Positions 1 through 14,643 of a stretch of DNA of 64,000 nucleotides are shown here, in pieces (position 1 is the stretch's first letter; each line of letters starts with the position of its first letter). The notes under the pieces were generated by a model. That model was not told the origin of the DNA and did not search any database. It was given only the letters and a program-made list of their open reading frames with translations. The position numbers were made by a program, and so were the translations under genes. This DNA comes from Octopus vulgaris (Eukaryota), in NCBI GenBank assembly GCA_951406725.2, contig OX597816.1, positions 75,764,001 through 75,828,000 of the forward strand, given 5' to 3'.

Positions 1-421
1 TGATAATCCAGGATTTTCTTCAAGTAATGCCTCAAGGAGCTTATCGTCAAACTCAACTGGACGTCCTGTTCAATCTTCATCTTCAAAGCTGAAATTCCCA
101 CTTCTGAATTTTGCAAACCATCTTCTGCAAGTTCTTTCATTCAAGCATTCTTTCCCATAAACTGAGTGTATGTTTCGAGTCGCTTCGGCTGCAGAATTTC
201 CGTTTTTGTGCCTTAACTGCTCTTTGGATAGTTCCATGTTAGAAAGGGTTTTAATCAAAGAAATTTTTAATCTATTATTCTGTAAAATAATATTTAATTA
301 GTTTAAATATACACAAATGCATAAAAATAATTTTTAATTCCATTAGACATTCTAAAGTACTATTAAATTTCACTCAAATTTAAAAAAGGTAAAATCGGAC
401 AGAACTTATGGGATGACCTAA
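1..421 (-). mobile_element. Mariner transposon 5' part (degenerate, runs off the window)
   Basis: ORF 70-258 encodes a mariner N-terminal HTH (GNSAAEATRNIHSVYG...CRRWFAKFRSGNFSFEDE). A TIR-like end cttatgggatgacctaa followed by TA lies at ~405-423 and resembles the end at 15446-15463. Confidence 0.85.
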
Positions 422-889
422 TATATATCTGTGTGTGTGTGTGTTTATCTGGTTCGCTGTCTCATAAATATTTTTAGTTAATAATTAAACACCAACCAAT
501 GAATGTAACACTATTTGAATTATTTATAGTACAAAAACAAAAAAAAAAAATCACTAGAGAAATATTAAAATGTCATTAAGAAACTTTTTACAAACTATCT
601 GCCAAGATTATAACACAAATAAAATGAGACATTATAGGGACGAAATTGAGAGAGAAATGTGAAATAGATCAGTGGACACACGAAGAATAACCTGTCAAGT
701 TAGCACTGAGTGATCGACGAGTTATCTAGTGAAGATAAATGTAATTCAGTTAAAATACAAGAAACGATTTCTAGTATCAAATATCGGAAAGAGGAATGGT
801 CGACACTTTAATGTAATGTAATAGTTAACACATTTACAAGGTGAACAAGAGAAAAGTGGTTATTATCTTTTATCTATTTTTTCTAAACT

Positions 890-1320
890 TTTACCCGTTT
901 CAGTTACTGGACTGTGACCATGCTGGAGCACCACCTTGAAGGGTTTTAGTCGAACGATTCGTTACCAGTACATATTTTTCAAACAATGGTACTTAATTCA
1001 TTAGCCATTTTTTTGTCGAACAGCTAAATTACGTGGACGTAAACAAACCAACAACAGTTGTGAAGCAGTGGTCATGGACAAACACACAGACATACACACG
1101 CACATAAACTTACACACATAAACTTACTCTTTCTTTCTCATACACACACGCACATACACATGCATGTATACAACAGGCTTTCACAGAATTTCTGCATACA
1201 AATTTACTCACAAAGCACTGATCGGCCTGATACTATTGTAGAATACATTCACCTAAAGTATTGCGCCCGAGGACCGAACACAAACCCCGTGGTTGCAAAG
1301 CGGGCGTCAGAACTCCGTAT
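890..1320 (-). mobile_element. tRNA-derived SINE, family B (diverged)
   Basis: Colinear similarity to the copies at 15590-15765 and 44325-44650 (ccatgctgg..caccaccttgaagg, internal (AC)n, head on the minus strand). Confidence 0.65.
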
Positions 1321-2025
1321 CCATGCCTTGCGGATACCTTTGCGGATTATATTATTATTTCAATTAATACTAATGAGAATATTTTGTCTTTGGAATATCG
1401 TGTTTTAAGGGCCCCTTAATAACGTCTGTAGGTTAAATCAATTCTATTGGTATTAACTATAACGACATTGGGACGAAAAATTAAGGACGATCCTAATAAA
1501 GTTCGAACGCAGAACCTGAGAGATTCGACACAAAAATTTCGAAGCATTCTAATGTTTTTGTGAATTTTGGCGAAAAGTTTTTCGTCAATGTGCTACAGCT
1601 GCTGCTTCATAGTATTGCAGTTTCTTCGTTTGGAATTTCCTACGGCAAATAATACAACGTCTCTTCTAAACTACTTAATTGAGTAACAAACTAACTCGAT
1701 TCCACAAGTTCTTCTCTTGCTAGCCCAACCCAGGTGTCTCATCGGCAATATATACAACTATGGCTGCAAAGAAAATAATATATAACAAAAATTGCATAAA
1801 AAAGAAACAAATATCGTTCACCGCCTTCCACAATCTCCAATACATATCCAACACCAACAAAGACAAGATGATATATATATATATATATATACACGCCATG
1901 TCTGACAGAACAACTTTTAATGGTGTTTTACTTTGCGAACAGCCTAGGAATACATACATATATACATACATACATAAGTATATACGAATCTTTCTTATAT
2001 GTATGTATGTACACATGTATGAATT

Positions 2026-2079
<54 letters not shown>

Positions 2080-2247
2080 CACCCGACACAGATATATATA
2101 TATATATTAAATATGGAGAAAAACGAATATGTGGTATAGCACACTTCAGTATATCATTTACAAAAGATGTTATATATAAATATAACCAAAATATAACCGA
2201 AGCAAATGTATTCACACGAGAGATTTTGTACATGTATACATACATGC

Positions 2248-2299
<52 letters not shown>

Positions 2300-2300
2300 T

Positions 2301-2382
<82 letters not shown>

Positions 2383-2916
2383 TATATATAACACATATAT
2401 GTGTATATATATATGTATACATAAGTGTGCATGTATAATGCATACATGCATATATAAACACGCACACATACACTCACACACACACATATATGTATGTTTA
2501 TATGTATATATATGTATTTATGCAAACGCACATATACAGACACATAATATATATACATGCATCCGTTTGAGTGAATTTATATTTGTCTTTATGTGTTGCT
2601 AAAGGCAAGTATTTGAGCGTATGCGATTCGTATTCTTGGCATTCAGTTATTAGGGAGACAGTGTGTTTATGCAAAACTTTTCTAAACTTTACCATGTTCG
2701 TCTTCTCAATTGCTTTCTAAAATACAATATGATGAATTTTTTTTCAAAGTTAAGAACTAACTGTTCTTTACTGCGTCTAATTTAAAGACACACACACGCA
2801 TATGAACACACACACACACATACACACACATCTATGTATGTTTCTACGTATGTATGATTATATGTTTCTATGTAAGTATGAATGTATATTTACATATTTA
2901 CTAATGTATATACTCA

Positions 2917-3050
<134 letters not shown>

Positions 3051-3218
3051 GTCAATTCAAATAAACGAACAATAAAATTAATGACAACATGAAGGCATGC
3101 ACGAATAATGTATACGCAAACACGCACACACACATATATACATATGCACATATACACATGCACGCACATATATGTATATGCTTATACATACATGCATATA
3201 TATATACATACATATATT

Positions 3219-3277
<59 letters not shown>

Positions 3278-3345
3278 TTACACACGTACATAGATACAGA
3301 CATTTGCTAATACATATGCGTGTGTGTATACATGTGTATATATAG

Positions 3346-3427
<82 letters not shown>

Positions 3428-3666
3428 ATACATATCACACACACACACATATGTACCTGTGCATGCATGTATGAAAATTGCTTTTTCTCACAAGTAATGA
3501 GAAAGCACATGTTAGTTGAAAGAACACCGACTGAAACAAAGGTTTCGTTTGAAAATGTTAAGAAAATGAAATAGAGATTTCTACGACATAATGCTTTTGA
3601 CTGATAAGTTTGTGATGCATCTTTAACGATACCAATACTTGTTCGTATTTTCTTTGTAAAAGTAGT

Positions 3667-3734
<68 letters not shown>

Positions 3735-4494
3735 TATATATATATCAAAGTAAAAGAATGACAAGAATGAAAAGCAAGAGAAAAATATAAAATAATATCA
3801 GCAACGACGATATCAATAATAAGTAGTCGCAGTTATTTGAGAAATTTGATTATGGCTTTAGAATTAGTTAATTCGTGTAAGATTTTTTGAAATGATTAGA
3901 TGTCAAGTTACTTACAAAAATACTTGACATTCATATCAAACGAAACGTGTTATACTGTAAATAAAACAGCAGCGAGGAAGAAAATGAAAGAAAAATGAAG
4001 TAAAGAGACATTGGCTCTCTTGAGTTTTTTCTCGCGATAGCATACTTATGGGAAATCAATATTATAACTACTGTAATGCTTAGAAAAATATAATAGTGTA
4101 AAGAATAGTAAATATAATGAAAAAGTTTGGTTATAAAATAATTAAACTCTAACAAATTTGTGATGTCACTTCTAACTTTTCATCTGAGGTCAGAATATAT
4201 GACTTGGCAACTATCATTTTGCTTAATCAGAGGAGGAGGAAGAGTGACCATTACGTATACGTTTTGTCTAAAACTTACGAAATCAACAAACATGATGTTC
4301 AACTGAAAATATATCAGTTAGTATCTATAAAAAGAGAACCACGACATCAAAACATGAAGAAGGTGGGAAAAAGTCTGCGAAAAAAAAATAGAAGATCTAG
4401 CTGAAGAGTTTACGAGATGAGACAGTTGTGTTGGCGAAAACAGCAATTTTAACTTTCTTTACAGTGTTATAAAACATCCAAGAGACACAACTCT

Positions 4495-4543
<49 letters not shown>

Positions 4544-4551
4544 CTTACATC

Positions 4552-4990
4552 CTTGCTACCACTTGCTAGCACACATTACACTACTGAATAAATTTCAATG
4601 TATTTATTTTATAAACTTGACTTCTGAATATTCTTTATTCACGCCTCTTTAAGAAATCACTAAAACTGGATTCTTTCTTTGAACTGTATTTAAAAGAATC
4701 CTAACTACAAACATTATATTACAACTCGAACACGTTACATATAGGAGATATTTCTTCCAACTGGTGAATCACTAATGTAAGTTGGAAGGAATGTCTCCTA
4801 TATGTAACGTGTTCGATTTGTAATATAATGTTTGTAGTTAGGATTCTTTTAAATACAGTTCAAAGAAAGAATCCATTTTTAGTGATTTCTTAAAGAGGCG
4901 TGAATAAAGAATATTCAGAAGTCAAGTTTATAAAACAAATACATTGAAATTTATTCAGTAGTGTAATATGTGCTAGTAATTGGTAGCAAG
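4552..4990. repeat. Long fold-back inverted repeat (~210-bp arms, ~17-nt spacer)
   Basis: 4552-4762 is the near-perfect reverse complement of 4780-4990; preceded by (TA)n. Confidence 0.95.
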
Positions 4991-5161
4991 AATTAACCTT
5001 GCATATGAAAAGGAACTAAATATATGTGTATGCGAGACAGAAAAAAATCGCATGGTTTACTATATGCACTGAGATTTATATGAAGCAGAGTGGAAGTTGA
5101 TATTAATCAAATAAGTTGCGTGTAGTTGGTGGTGGACACAGAAAATGTGACATATCGAAGG

Positions 5162-5803
5162 CGATGTTGCTTCTATGCCACCAAATCTGCAACTGCTCAA
5201 GCTATTCCAAAAAGGCGAGCGATACTACTTGGCAGAAGTTTTTACTTGTATTATTAAGCCTCCAGCTCTTACTGGTTGGAGTGCGCCAAAAAGCCCCCCA
5301 AAAAACCCCTGAATTAAGCCACAGCAACAAAATAGATCCTTCCTGTCTCGCTGCATTAACCCCCTGCAGACTGCAAGTCAATATAAATAAGAAAGAGGAA
5401 GGAGAAAAATGCAAAGGAAAGGTAAAAAATACAATGCAAACTATTCCAAACAATGGCAAAAGAAGATTGCAAGCATGAGAAGTCACCAAATGTTCAAACA
5501 TTGGAAAAAGAAAACGAAATGAATGCATTAAGGACAAAAAACAACAACAAAACAACAAAAAACAAACAAACATGCAAAAAAGACAATGCGAGGCACTAAA
5601 GCCCAGTTCATATACAAATAGTTTCACAAAGTCTCTAAGGCCAATGGACACGGCAACAAAATTGCTCTTTCCTGTCTCGCAGACTCCAACCAATCAGAGC
5701 TGGAGGCTCAATAATACAAGTAGCAACTTCCGCCCAGCAGTATCACGCGCCTTTTAGAAATAGCTTGAGCAGTTGCAGATTTGATGGCATAGAAGTAAAA
5801 TCG
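5162..5803. repeat. Inverted repeat pair (~120-bp arms, ~400-bp spacer)
   Basis: cttctatgccaccaaatctgcaactgctcaagctatt... (5170) versus ...aatagcttgagcagttgcagatttgatggcatagaag (5795); imperfect. Confidence 0.85.
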
Positions 5804-5961
5804 ACAGGCCATTCTAGATTTAATAAGAGAGCTCAAGCTTTTGAGTATTGCGCGGAATTCTTCACCACGCCGAAGGTCGTGCAGTTGTTCATCCTTTCCT
5901 AGACTACGTCTCATACATACATACATACATACATACATACATACATACATACATACATACA

Positions 5962-5992
<31 letters not shown>

Positions 5993-6019
5993 GCATGTGT
6001 ATGTATGTATTTATGTATG

Positions 6020-6055
<36 letters not shown>

Positions 6056-6239
6056 CATATATATACATCCCCATATATATATATATATATATATATATAC
6101 AAACATATATACATGTACACATAGACACACAAACATACACACATATGTATCAATGTATCTATATTATATGAAGATATACATACATTTGTATATAGACATA
6201 CTATTACATTATCTGTCTATCTATCTATTTATCTAAGAT

Positions 6240-6282
<43 letters not shown>

Positions 6283-6632
6283 AAACTTTGAAAGAAATAA
6301 AATGGAATCACGAGATTTTATCATTCCCTACGATCGTTTCGATCCAGCGTGTGTCGGAGCTTCGCCGGTGAGATGCTGTACAACCAGTTGTAGTGTATCA
6401 TAGGTGCAAATGTGTCTTGTTAGGTGATCTTTCAAACGGTACCTCGGTTATATATATATGTAACTGAGTCAGTCTTGCGATCGTGTTGCCTGCTAGAAGA
6501 TGGTAGGGGTTCGCTAACCATGCTAGCAATATACAGGGTGCAGCGCTGCACCGATAAGCAACTGGCGGAAGATCTGCCTGGGGTTACACGGTACAGCCAC
6601 TTCGATGTGGCGATTAACTTTACCTATATATA

Positions 6633-6690
<58 letters not shown>

Positions 6691-6904
6691 TAATATGCTA
6701 TATGTCATCAATAATACGCTACAAGTATTTGTATATAGAGTTATTTGACTATTAATTAGGTAGAAATAGCAGCCAAATATACTTCAACTCACAACCCACT
6801 GTCTTGAAAAAGAGGCAGGCTCTACAAGATAATGTAATCTATAGATATATTATGCCTGGATGAAAGACATGTGGAACAATTATGATCACAAGATTGTTCA
6901 AAAC

Positions 6905-6951
6905 ATTATCATCACTATCATCATCATCATCACCATTGCCATCACTACCCT

Positions 6952-6993
<42 letters not shown>

Positions 6994-7117
6994 CACCACC
7001 ACCACCACCACCACCACCACCACCACCACCACCACTACTACTACTACCACCACTACCACCACCACCACCACCACCACCACCACCACCACCACCACCACCA
7101 CCACCACCACCACCACC

Positions 7118-7175
<58 letters not shown>
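6905..7175. repeat. Compound trinucleotide microsatellite (CAT)n/(TAC)n/(CAC)n
   Basis: Directly visible; source of the poly-T/P/G/V ORFs. Confidence 0.95.
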
Positions 7176-7750
7176 AAACGGCAGCGGTGGTTACGAAACA
7201 TGTATAATGTCGATATTTGGTTTGTTCAACTAGGCTGCTGTTTCGAAACTGTTGTATTTGCTCACTGAAATCCCTTCAAATTAAATATTAGTATTTCAAT
7301 AATTTCAAACTAAAGATCAGTATCTAAAAAAATGTAAAGTTAAAATTTATTTGTTCTTATTTTTCTCTTCTTATAATTCGTGTTACACAAACGAATCCGC
7401 AGATTCGATTTTTTGAACGAAAATAGTGTGAAGACAACAGCATCGAGACTAACTAAATTATGAGTAAATTATTACAGTTGATCGATCAAAATGTCTTTTG
7501 GCAAGTAAATTTATAGGATTTTATCTAGGGAAATGACAAACGGAATGCCTAAAGCAAATAACAACATACAATATCCTGCAGCATTTTACGGTTATTGTAT
7601 TCGAGTAAAAATATTTTTTTTAGAATTTCATTATTTGGCTCGCGTTGCACAATGAAAGCCAAAAGAGTATATATTAAGATTTGAAAATCGCAGATTTTGA
7701 AACTACGCAGATTGAAAAATGATTGAGGATATGAAAGATGTGCGTGTGCG

Positions 7751-7753
<3 letters not shown>

Positions 7754-7782
<29 letters not shown>

Positions 7783-8140
7783 TGTATGTATGTATGTATG
7801 TATGTATGTATGTATGTATGTATGTATGTATGTATGCATGCATGTATGTATGTATGTATGTATGTATGTATGTATGTATGTATGCATGCATGTATGTATG
7901 TATGTGTGTATGTATGTATGTATGCATGCATGTATGTATGTATGTATGTATGTATGTATGTATGTATGCATGCATGTATGTATGTATGTGTGTATGTATG
8001 TATGTATGCATGCATGTATGTATGTATGTATGTATGTATATATGCATGTATGTATGCATGTATGTATGTATGTATGTATGTATGTATGTATGTATGTATG
8101 TATGTATGTATGAATGTATGTATGTATGCATGTATGCGTA
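7754..8140. repeat. (TATG)n microsatellite with periodic CATG variants
   Basis: Directly visible. Confidence 0.95.
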
Positions 8141-8296
8141 TATATATATATATATAATTTCGCATGAAACTATTCGTAGCCTGTTAACCCACAAATAAAG
8201 AATATTTATCCACCAATGCAATGTTGAGCGCCTATTCTCACTATTGAATACCAGTGCGCGCACACGCATGCACATATATATGATATGATATATATA

Positions 8297-8387
<91 letters not shown>

Positions 8388-9044
8388 TGTATACAGACAG
8401 GGAAAAAGAGTGAGAGAGAAAGAGAGAGAGAGAGGGAAGGAGAGAGAGAGAAAAATAGAGAGGAAAAAGAAATGAGAAAAACATTAAATTATTGAACAGA
8501 ATTTATAAAATAAAACTGAAAAAGTGCATTTGAGACAGAGTGACAGGATGAAAAACGAATTTATGGAGGTAGAAGGTGGGAATGAGAAAAAGTGAAAAAT
8601 TTGAAATTTTGGATTGTAGAAAGGACACTAAAAAATGAGAGAAAGAGAGAGAATGAGGGAGAGGGAGATGGAGAGAGGTTGGTGGGGGAATTATCTAGAA
8701 ATATATTTATGTATTTCGTTCTGGAATGGAATATATTGTTCAGTAGGTAAATGACATAGTTGACGGAATCTATGTTCTCAACCTCAATATATCACTAGAG
8801 TAAGGAATTTAGAAAAGTGAAAACCCGAATGATTTACAACTAAATGTGCAGATCACCGTACTGAATCCTCGACCATGGCTAGTTTCTGTGAAGATCCAAA
8901 TAGTCATAGAAAGATACTGAAAGTTAGAGAGGGACGGAGAGAGAGAAAAAGGGAGATAGTAAATAAAAAAAATCCTGTAAGAAATTGTAATATGTAAGTA
9001 ATAGAAGTAATAGTAATAGTCAGAGTAGTTGTGCTTTTGGATCA

Positions 9045-9141
9045 GATAAGCCATGACCATGTATCTCCGAATAAGCCATAACCATGTATCACAGATAAGC
9101 CATAACCATATATTACATATAAGCCATAACCACGTATCACG
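9045..9141. repeat. Minisatellite, ~24-bp unit x4 (ataagccataaccatgtatcacag)
   Basis: Four imperfect tandem units. Confidence 0.85.
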
Positions 9142-9574
9142 CATTTTCGTATATCAAGGACAACTATTTACTAAGAAACACAATGTAACTGATTAAAATA
9201 TGTAGTAATATAGAGTATATTGCATATGAGCTGCAGACGCTGGGGAGGGAAGCTACCAGGGAGCCACTGAATGTACCCACCGGATCTCAGAATACTTTGA
9301 CTATCAACGGCTGTTCTCCGAAGCATAATCACATGTTCAGGAGTGGGCACATTCAATCACGACAAAACTCTTACATATGTTTTAGCATGTGAAGGCACGT
9401 GACCTAGTTGTTAGGCTGTTTCATGCACAATCGCTAGATGGTGGGTTCGATTCTCGGACCGGGCGGCGCGTTGTGGTCCGGTTTAAATAACGCAAGTTAT
9501 TAGATTTGTCAGACTTGTAGCGTAGCATTTTCCTCATTATAACGGTTTCTGATTAGGAAAAATGCTAGACGTTT

Positions 9575-10540
9575 TAAAGGAAGAAATTAGTCGATGTTAT
9601 CGACTTCAGTATTTGATTGGTACTTTATTTTATCAACCGCGAAATGATGAAGAGCAAAGCTGACTCCAGCAGGATTTGAAACCAAAGCATGCAGAGCCGA
9701 AAGAAATGTCATATGACAATTTATTTTTCTTGCTCTCTAATGATTTTGCCAGCTCGCTAGCTTCATCCTTTATTATAATTGCTTCAAGTTTTAGCACAAG
9801 GTCAGCAATTAAGTCGATGACATCGACCCCAGTGTTCAACTGATATTTATCTTTATCGATTCCTAACAGGTAAAGTCAGTCTCGGCGGAATTTGAACTGA
9901 GAATGTAAAAAGCCGGAGGAAGTACCGTCGAGCATTTTGTCCGGCGTACTAACGACTCAGATAAATCGCTGCCTTCTTCCCCAATTATAATAACAATAAC
10001 GGCAACGTAAAATATTCTTTTGTACTCTAGGTAAAAGGCCCGAAATTTTTGGGGAGATGGCTAGTCGGTTAGATTAACCCCAGTACGCAACTGGAACTTA
10101 ATTTATCGACCCCGAAATGATGAAAGGCAAAGTCAACCTCGGCGGAATTTGAACTCAGAACATAAAGAACATACCTATTTGTTTACTACCCACAAGGAGC
10201 TAAACACAGAGAGGACAAAGAAGGACAGACAAACGGATTAAGTCGATTATATTGACCCCAGTGCGTAACTGGTACTTATATAATCGACCCCGAAAGATGA
10301 AAGGCAAAGTTGACCTCGGCGGAATTTGAACTTAGAACGTAACGGCAGACGAAATACGGCCTGAAATTTTTGGGGAGGGAGCCAGTCGATTTGATCGGTC
10401 CCAGTACATAACTAGTACTTAATTTATCGACCCCGAAAGGATGAAAGACAAATCGACCTTGGCGGAACTTGAACTCAGAACGTAAAGACAGACGAAATAC
10501 CGCTAAACGTACTAACGTATCTGCCAGCTCACCGCCTAAT
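9575..10540 (-). mobile_element. Array of tRNA-derived SINEs, family A (about 5 full or partial copies)
   Basis: Repeated reverse-complement units containing the B-box gagttcaaattcc and the central block gtcgactttgcctttcatcctttcggggtcgataaattaagtaccag. Confidence 0.85.
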
Positions 10541-11129
10541 AAGCAACTTATATTAGACAAGAAATGACGAATATAGTAATAGTACAAATCGCTTAGACAG
10601 CTAAATCATTTAATCCAAGCACGGAAATCTGCATTATGTTTGAATTAATGTTAATCCTTATTTATGTCAGTACTTTCTGTACGTGAAAAAGCAGCTATGT
10701 TTGCAATAGAATATAATTTATTGATTCGTTCATAGTAGGAAATTCCTAACAAGAAGATCAAGAAGAGAGTAACTAAGTTAAATGTGGCGACTGGTAGAAT
10801 TGGAATAGTACCCAAAAGATACTTGCAGTACTGAAATCCTGCCGTGGTCAGTTCTACATGTCATCTAGGACCAAATAATAATTGCTCGTCTCGAAACCTT
10901 AACTCTATATTATTAACCGTTCTTTCATTAAAGATGGTCAAACGTATCGTGCTGGATAATATTCGTTTAGCTTAGGTTTAGAAATAAGTCAGCACGATGA
11001 AGCAGACCTACAAGCAAAGGCTCCCCAGCCACGACCATCCCATCCTTCTGTATATCAAGAACTACATTATCTAATGTGTTCGTTGTTTAGGAAGACGTTG
11101 TGGTTTTAATAGGTTTTGCTGCTCTTTCT

Positions 11130-11825
11130 TGCAGATTGAATGACCACACAAAAGTTCCTTCAATTGCTTCCGTTTACGTTCAGAGTTGAAATCTCGCTAG
11201 GGTTAATTTGTTTTCTTCGCATATGAAGAGAGTCGATAAAATATGTACCACCATGAAACCGTATCCATTAACATTCTTTACTGATGTTTAATTTAGAATA
11301 CCAGAACCTAGAATCATCAACGCCGGGCCTTAAGCCTTTAGTAGAAAGGATAATTCTCGTCTTTAAGGTGGCGTGCTGGTAGAAACGTTTGCACGCGGGG
11401 AAAAATGCTTGGCGACATTTCGCCTGTTTATACGTTCTGAGTTCAAATTTCACCGAGTTCGACTTTATCTTTCATCCTTTCGTGGTAGATAAATTAAGTA
11501 CTAATGGAACACAGGGGTCGATGTAATCGACTAGTCCCCTCCCACCAAATTTCAGGCCTTGTGCTTATAGTAGAAAGGATTATTCTCGTCGTTAAGGCGG
11601 CGTGCTGGTAGAATCGTTTGCATGCCTGGCAAAATGCATAGCGGCATTTCGCCCGTCTCTACGTTCTGAATTCAATCCCGCCGAGGTTGACTTTACCTTT
11701 AATTTTTTTCGGCGTTGATAAAATAAGTATCAGTTAAATACTAGGGTTGATGTAGTCAACAAGCTCCTACTCCCAAATTTTCAGGCCTTGCGCTTATAGC
11801 AGAAAAGATCATTATTCTCGTCCTT
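11130..11825 (+). mobile_element. Head-to-tail SINE family A trimer
   Basis: Units start aagg(t/c)ggcgtgctggtagaa (A-box-like) and carry the B-box gagttcaaatt. The junction agaaagga..attctcgtc.ttaa is repeated three times. Confidence 0.85.
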
Positions 11826-14003
11826 AACACATTTTACCATTGCACCAACATGGCTACATTTTATATAATCGACTTAAAAGGTTTTTAATCGATTATATAG
11901 AAACCAACAGTAACAAAAAAAAAGGATGAAAATAATTGTAAAGAAGAATATTAAAACCATGTAACAGTTTCTAGATTCTCTTACAGATTTATGGAGGAAG
12001 AATTTGGTTAAGCCAGTTAAAGTTGTCTTCTATTTACTGTAACATATTCTATACTTTTACTGGCTTCAGAAATTACACTGAATCCATGTTGGGGAATCCA
12101 CCTTAAATGTGAAAATTGTTTATTAAATTTTTAGTCGACTATGTTGATGTCAGACTGTGAAGTAGGGAACTGGATCCTGCAGTTTAAGTTATCAGAATAA
12201 TCTGCATCTGTAATAGTTGAGACTGGGTCTCTGGAAGCTTAAACTTTGTGAGGCTACAGCCATGTTCCTTGTAATAGACTGAATTGAAGAGGACATTATC
12301 AGGAAGAGTATGGATAGGATAGGGTACAATGGTAAAACAACAGTGAGATTTGAAAAAAAATATATGACCCGTCAAGTGAATGCGTCTTAGGCTGAATATA
12401 TTTGTCTTGCATCATTATTGCATCTATTTCTTGACCATTGAATACTATAATTGAAAAGCAGAATACATCAGATACAAATTGGAAGGCACACTCACTACAT
12501 TTGTGTCACAAAACCAGGGAATTCGTTCACGCTCCTCGGAAGCGATATATCTACTGAAGCAGATGCTAAGCTCCGGCAGAACTGAAAAGCTTAAGCGTAA
12601 TATGGAAATCTAAGTTTTCAAAGAATGTGAAAATGAAATTCTTCTGCTTTGTGAATATGTTATTTTATGACCATCTGGACATTAATCTGAAGGTTTGATA
12701 CCATTCTGCTTGGCACCTACATGCAAACCATTTTGATTATGTCCTGTAAATTAAATCTACAGAAGAAGAAAAAAAAGATTGTGCAGTAAGCCTTCCAAAC
12801 TATTTCACCATGGGGGGAAGTAGAATCCGCTTTGACTGACACTGCCAGAAACGTAGGGGGCAGCTTATTAGTTACAACCTACTTTGGATACCTTAAAATG
12901 GTCGTAATAATATTGGTCAGCCAGCGAAATCATATGTAGATCAGTTAACAGATGACATTGGGTGTTACCGAGGGTAACGATTACATTCTATTGAATATAT
13001 GATAGGTGGAGAATCAAGGTCATGCAAATCTAAGCAAACTCGACTCGATGCTGCTGCTATTGAAATTTCTAGGACTGTAGGGCACCATATCTGAGATACC
13101 TGACTATTGTTTTTCGCAGTAGTAAGTAAGGTGACTGTTGAGAGTTTCTCATACTGATTCGATTCCAGCATATAAGCGATGCAAATTTTATCAATAATAG
13201 AAGGATCGTGAAATGCAAAACCGGGTGGGAATTAAGTATTGATTTATAACATATGCATAAGGACTATAATCCAGGAAATCAATAGCAGTATCTGATTGAT
13301 ACATATTCTATTGACCTGGAAAGATAATGGAAAAGTCGTACTAGGTGTGATACGGAATCAGAATATAAAGCGATCTAGTTAAATACCAGAGAATAGTATA
13401 TTTGTGATTCTATTTACTCTGCTACTGCACCGTCTCCCAAACATATGATAGTACATAACAATAAGTATCAACGTTTATGAAAATATGGAAAAATATTTCT
13501 TTGTGAAAAGATAAGTATTAAAATCATAATTCAAATATTAATTACAGAAGTTGTCGTTAAGTGCAACAAGACAATAGGATGTATAAATACAAACAAGCAG
13601 AGATGAGGAAATATCATAGACATATATAAATGTATAGAAAATGAAATCCGCACAAATACACGGAATTTCTCGTAAAGATGACAAAGAGGGTAAAGTAAAA
13701 GCACATAGAACGTATTCAGTTCGATATATTTAAAGCGACAATCGTGAATAACACAAGTAAAGTTGAAAGCAAGCGAAAGTGGAAACGGAAAAACAAATAA
13801 TATGAAATATTTCTAACATTAACTTAACAAAGCCACAAATTTTAATTTATTTGGATGGGATATAGTGGATTATACATAAAGATATAAAATATACATAGAC
13901 ACACGCATGCGTACAAACACAAACACATATAACACATAAGACGTATATATATATATGGATATAAATATATATCTAGGTATATATTAACACACATCTGCGT
14001 ATC

Positions 14004-14094
<91 letters not shown>

Positions 14095-14147
14095 ATCTGT
14101 CTGTCTGTCTGTCTGTCTATCTCTCTATCTATCTATTTATAAATATG

Positions 14148-14184
<37 letters not shown>

Positions 14185-14643
14185 GTACATGCATAAACAT
14201 TTATATATGTGTGTGTGTACGCGCGTGTATATATATTAGTATATAGATGAACGTGTATGTATACTCAAACAAAGACAAACACAAACGCACACACATACAT
14301 ATGTATGCATATATATATATATATATATACATACATATACACATATATATACACACACACACATATATATATATACATATATATACATATATATATACAT
14401 ATATATATACGTACATACATACATACATACATATATACATACATACATATATATATGTATGTGTGTATGTGTGTCTGTAAGTTTGCATGTATGTATATTG
14501 CAATTTATTAGACGTTATCAGTTGAAACAATCGTTATGCCAAGTTTTATAAATATAACTTTACACTTATATCATGGAATAACTCGTAAATTTGAAAGAAT
14601 TCCATTTCGATTGAAGCAACTTGAATGGAGATAATAAAAATAT

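Noticed and set aside
9390-9480. tRNA-like sequence with A/B boxes (ggttcgattctc)
   Set aside because: No convincing cloverleaf; more likely a decayed SINE head. The same applies to the other SINE heads.
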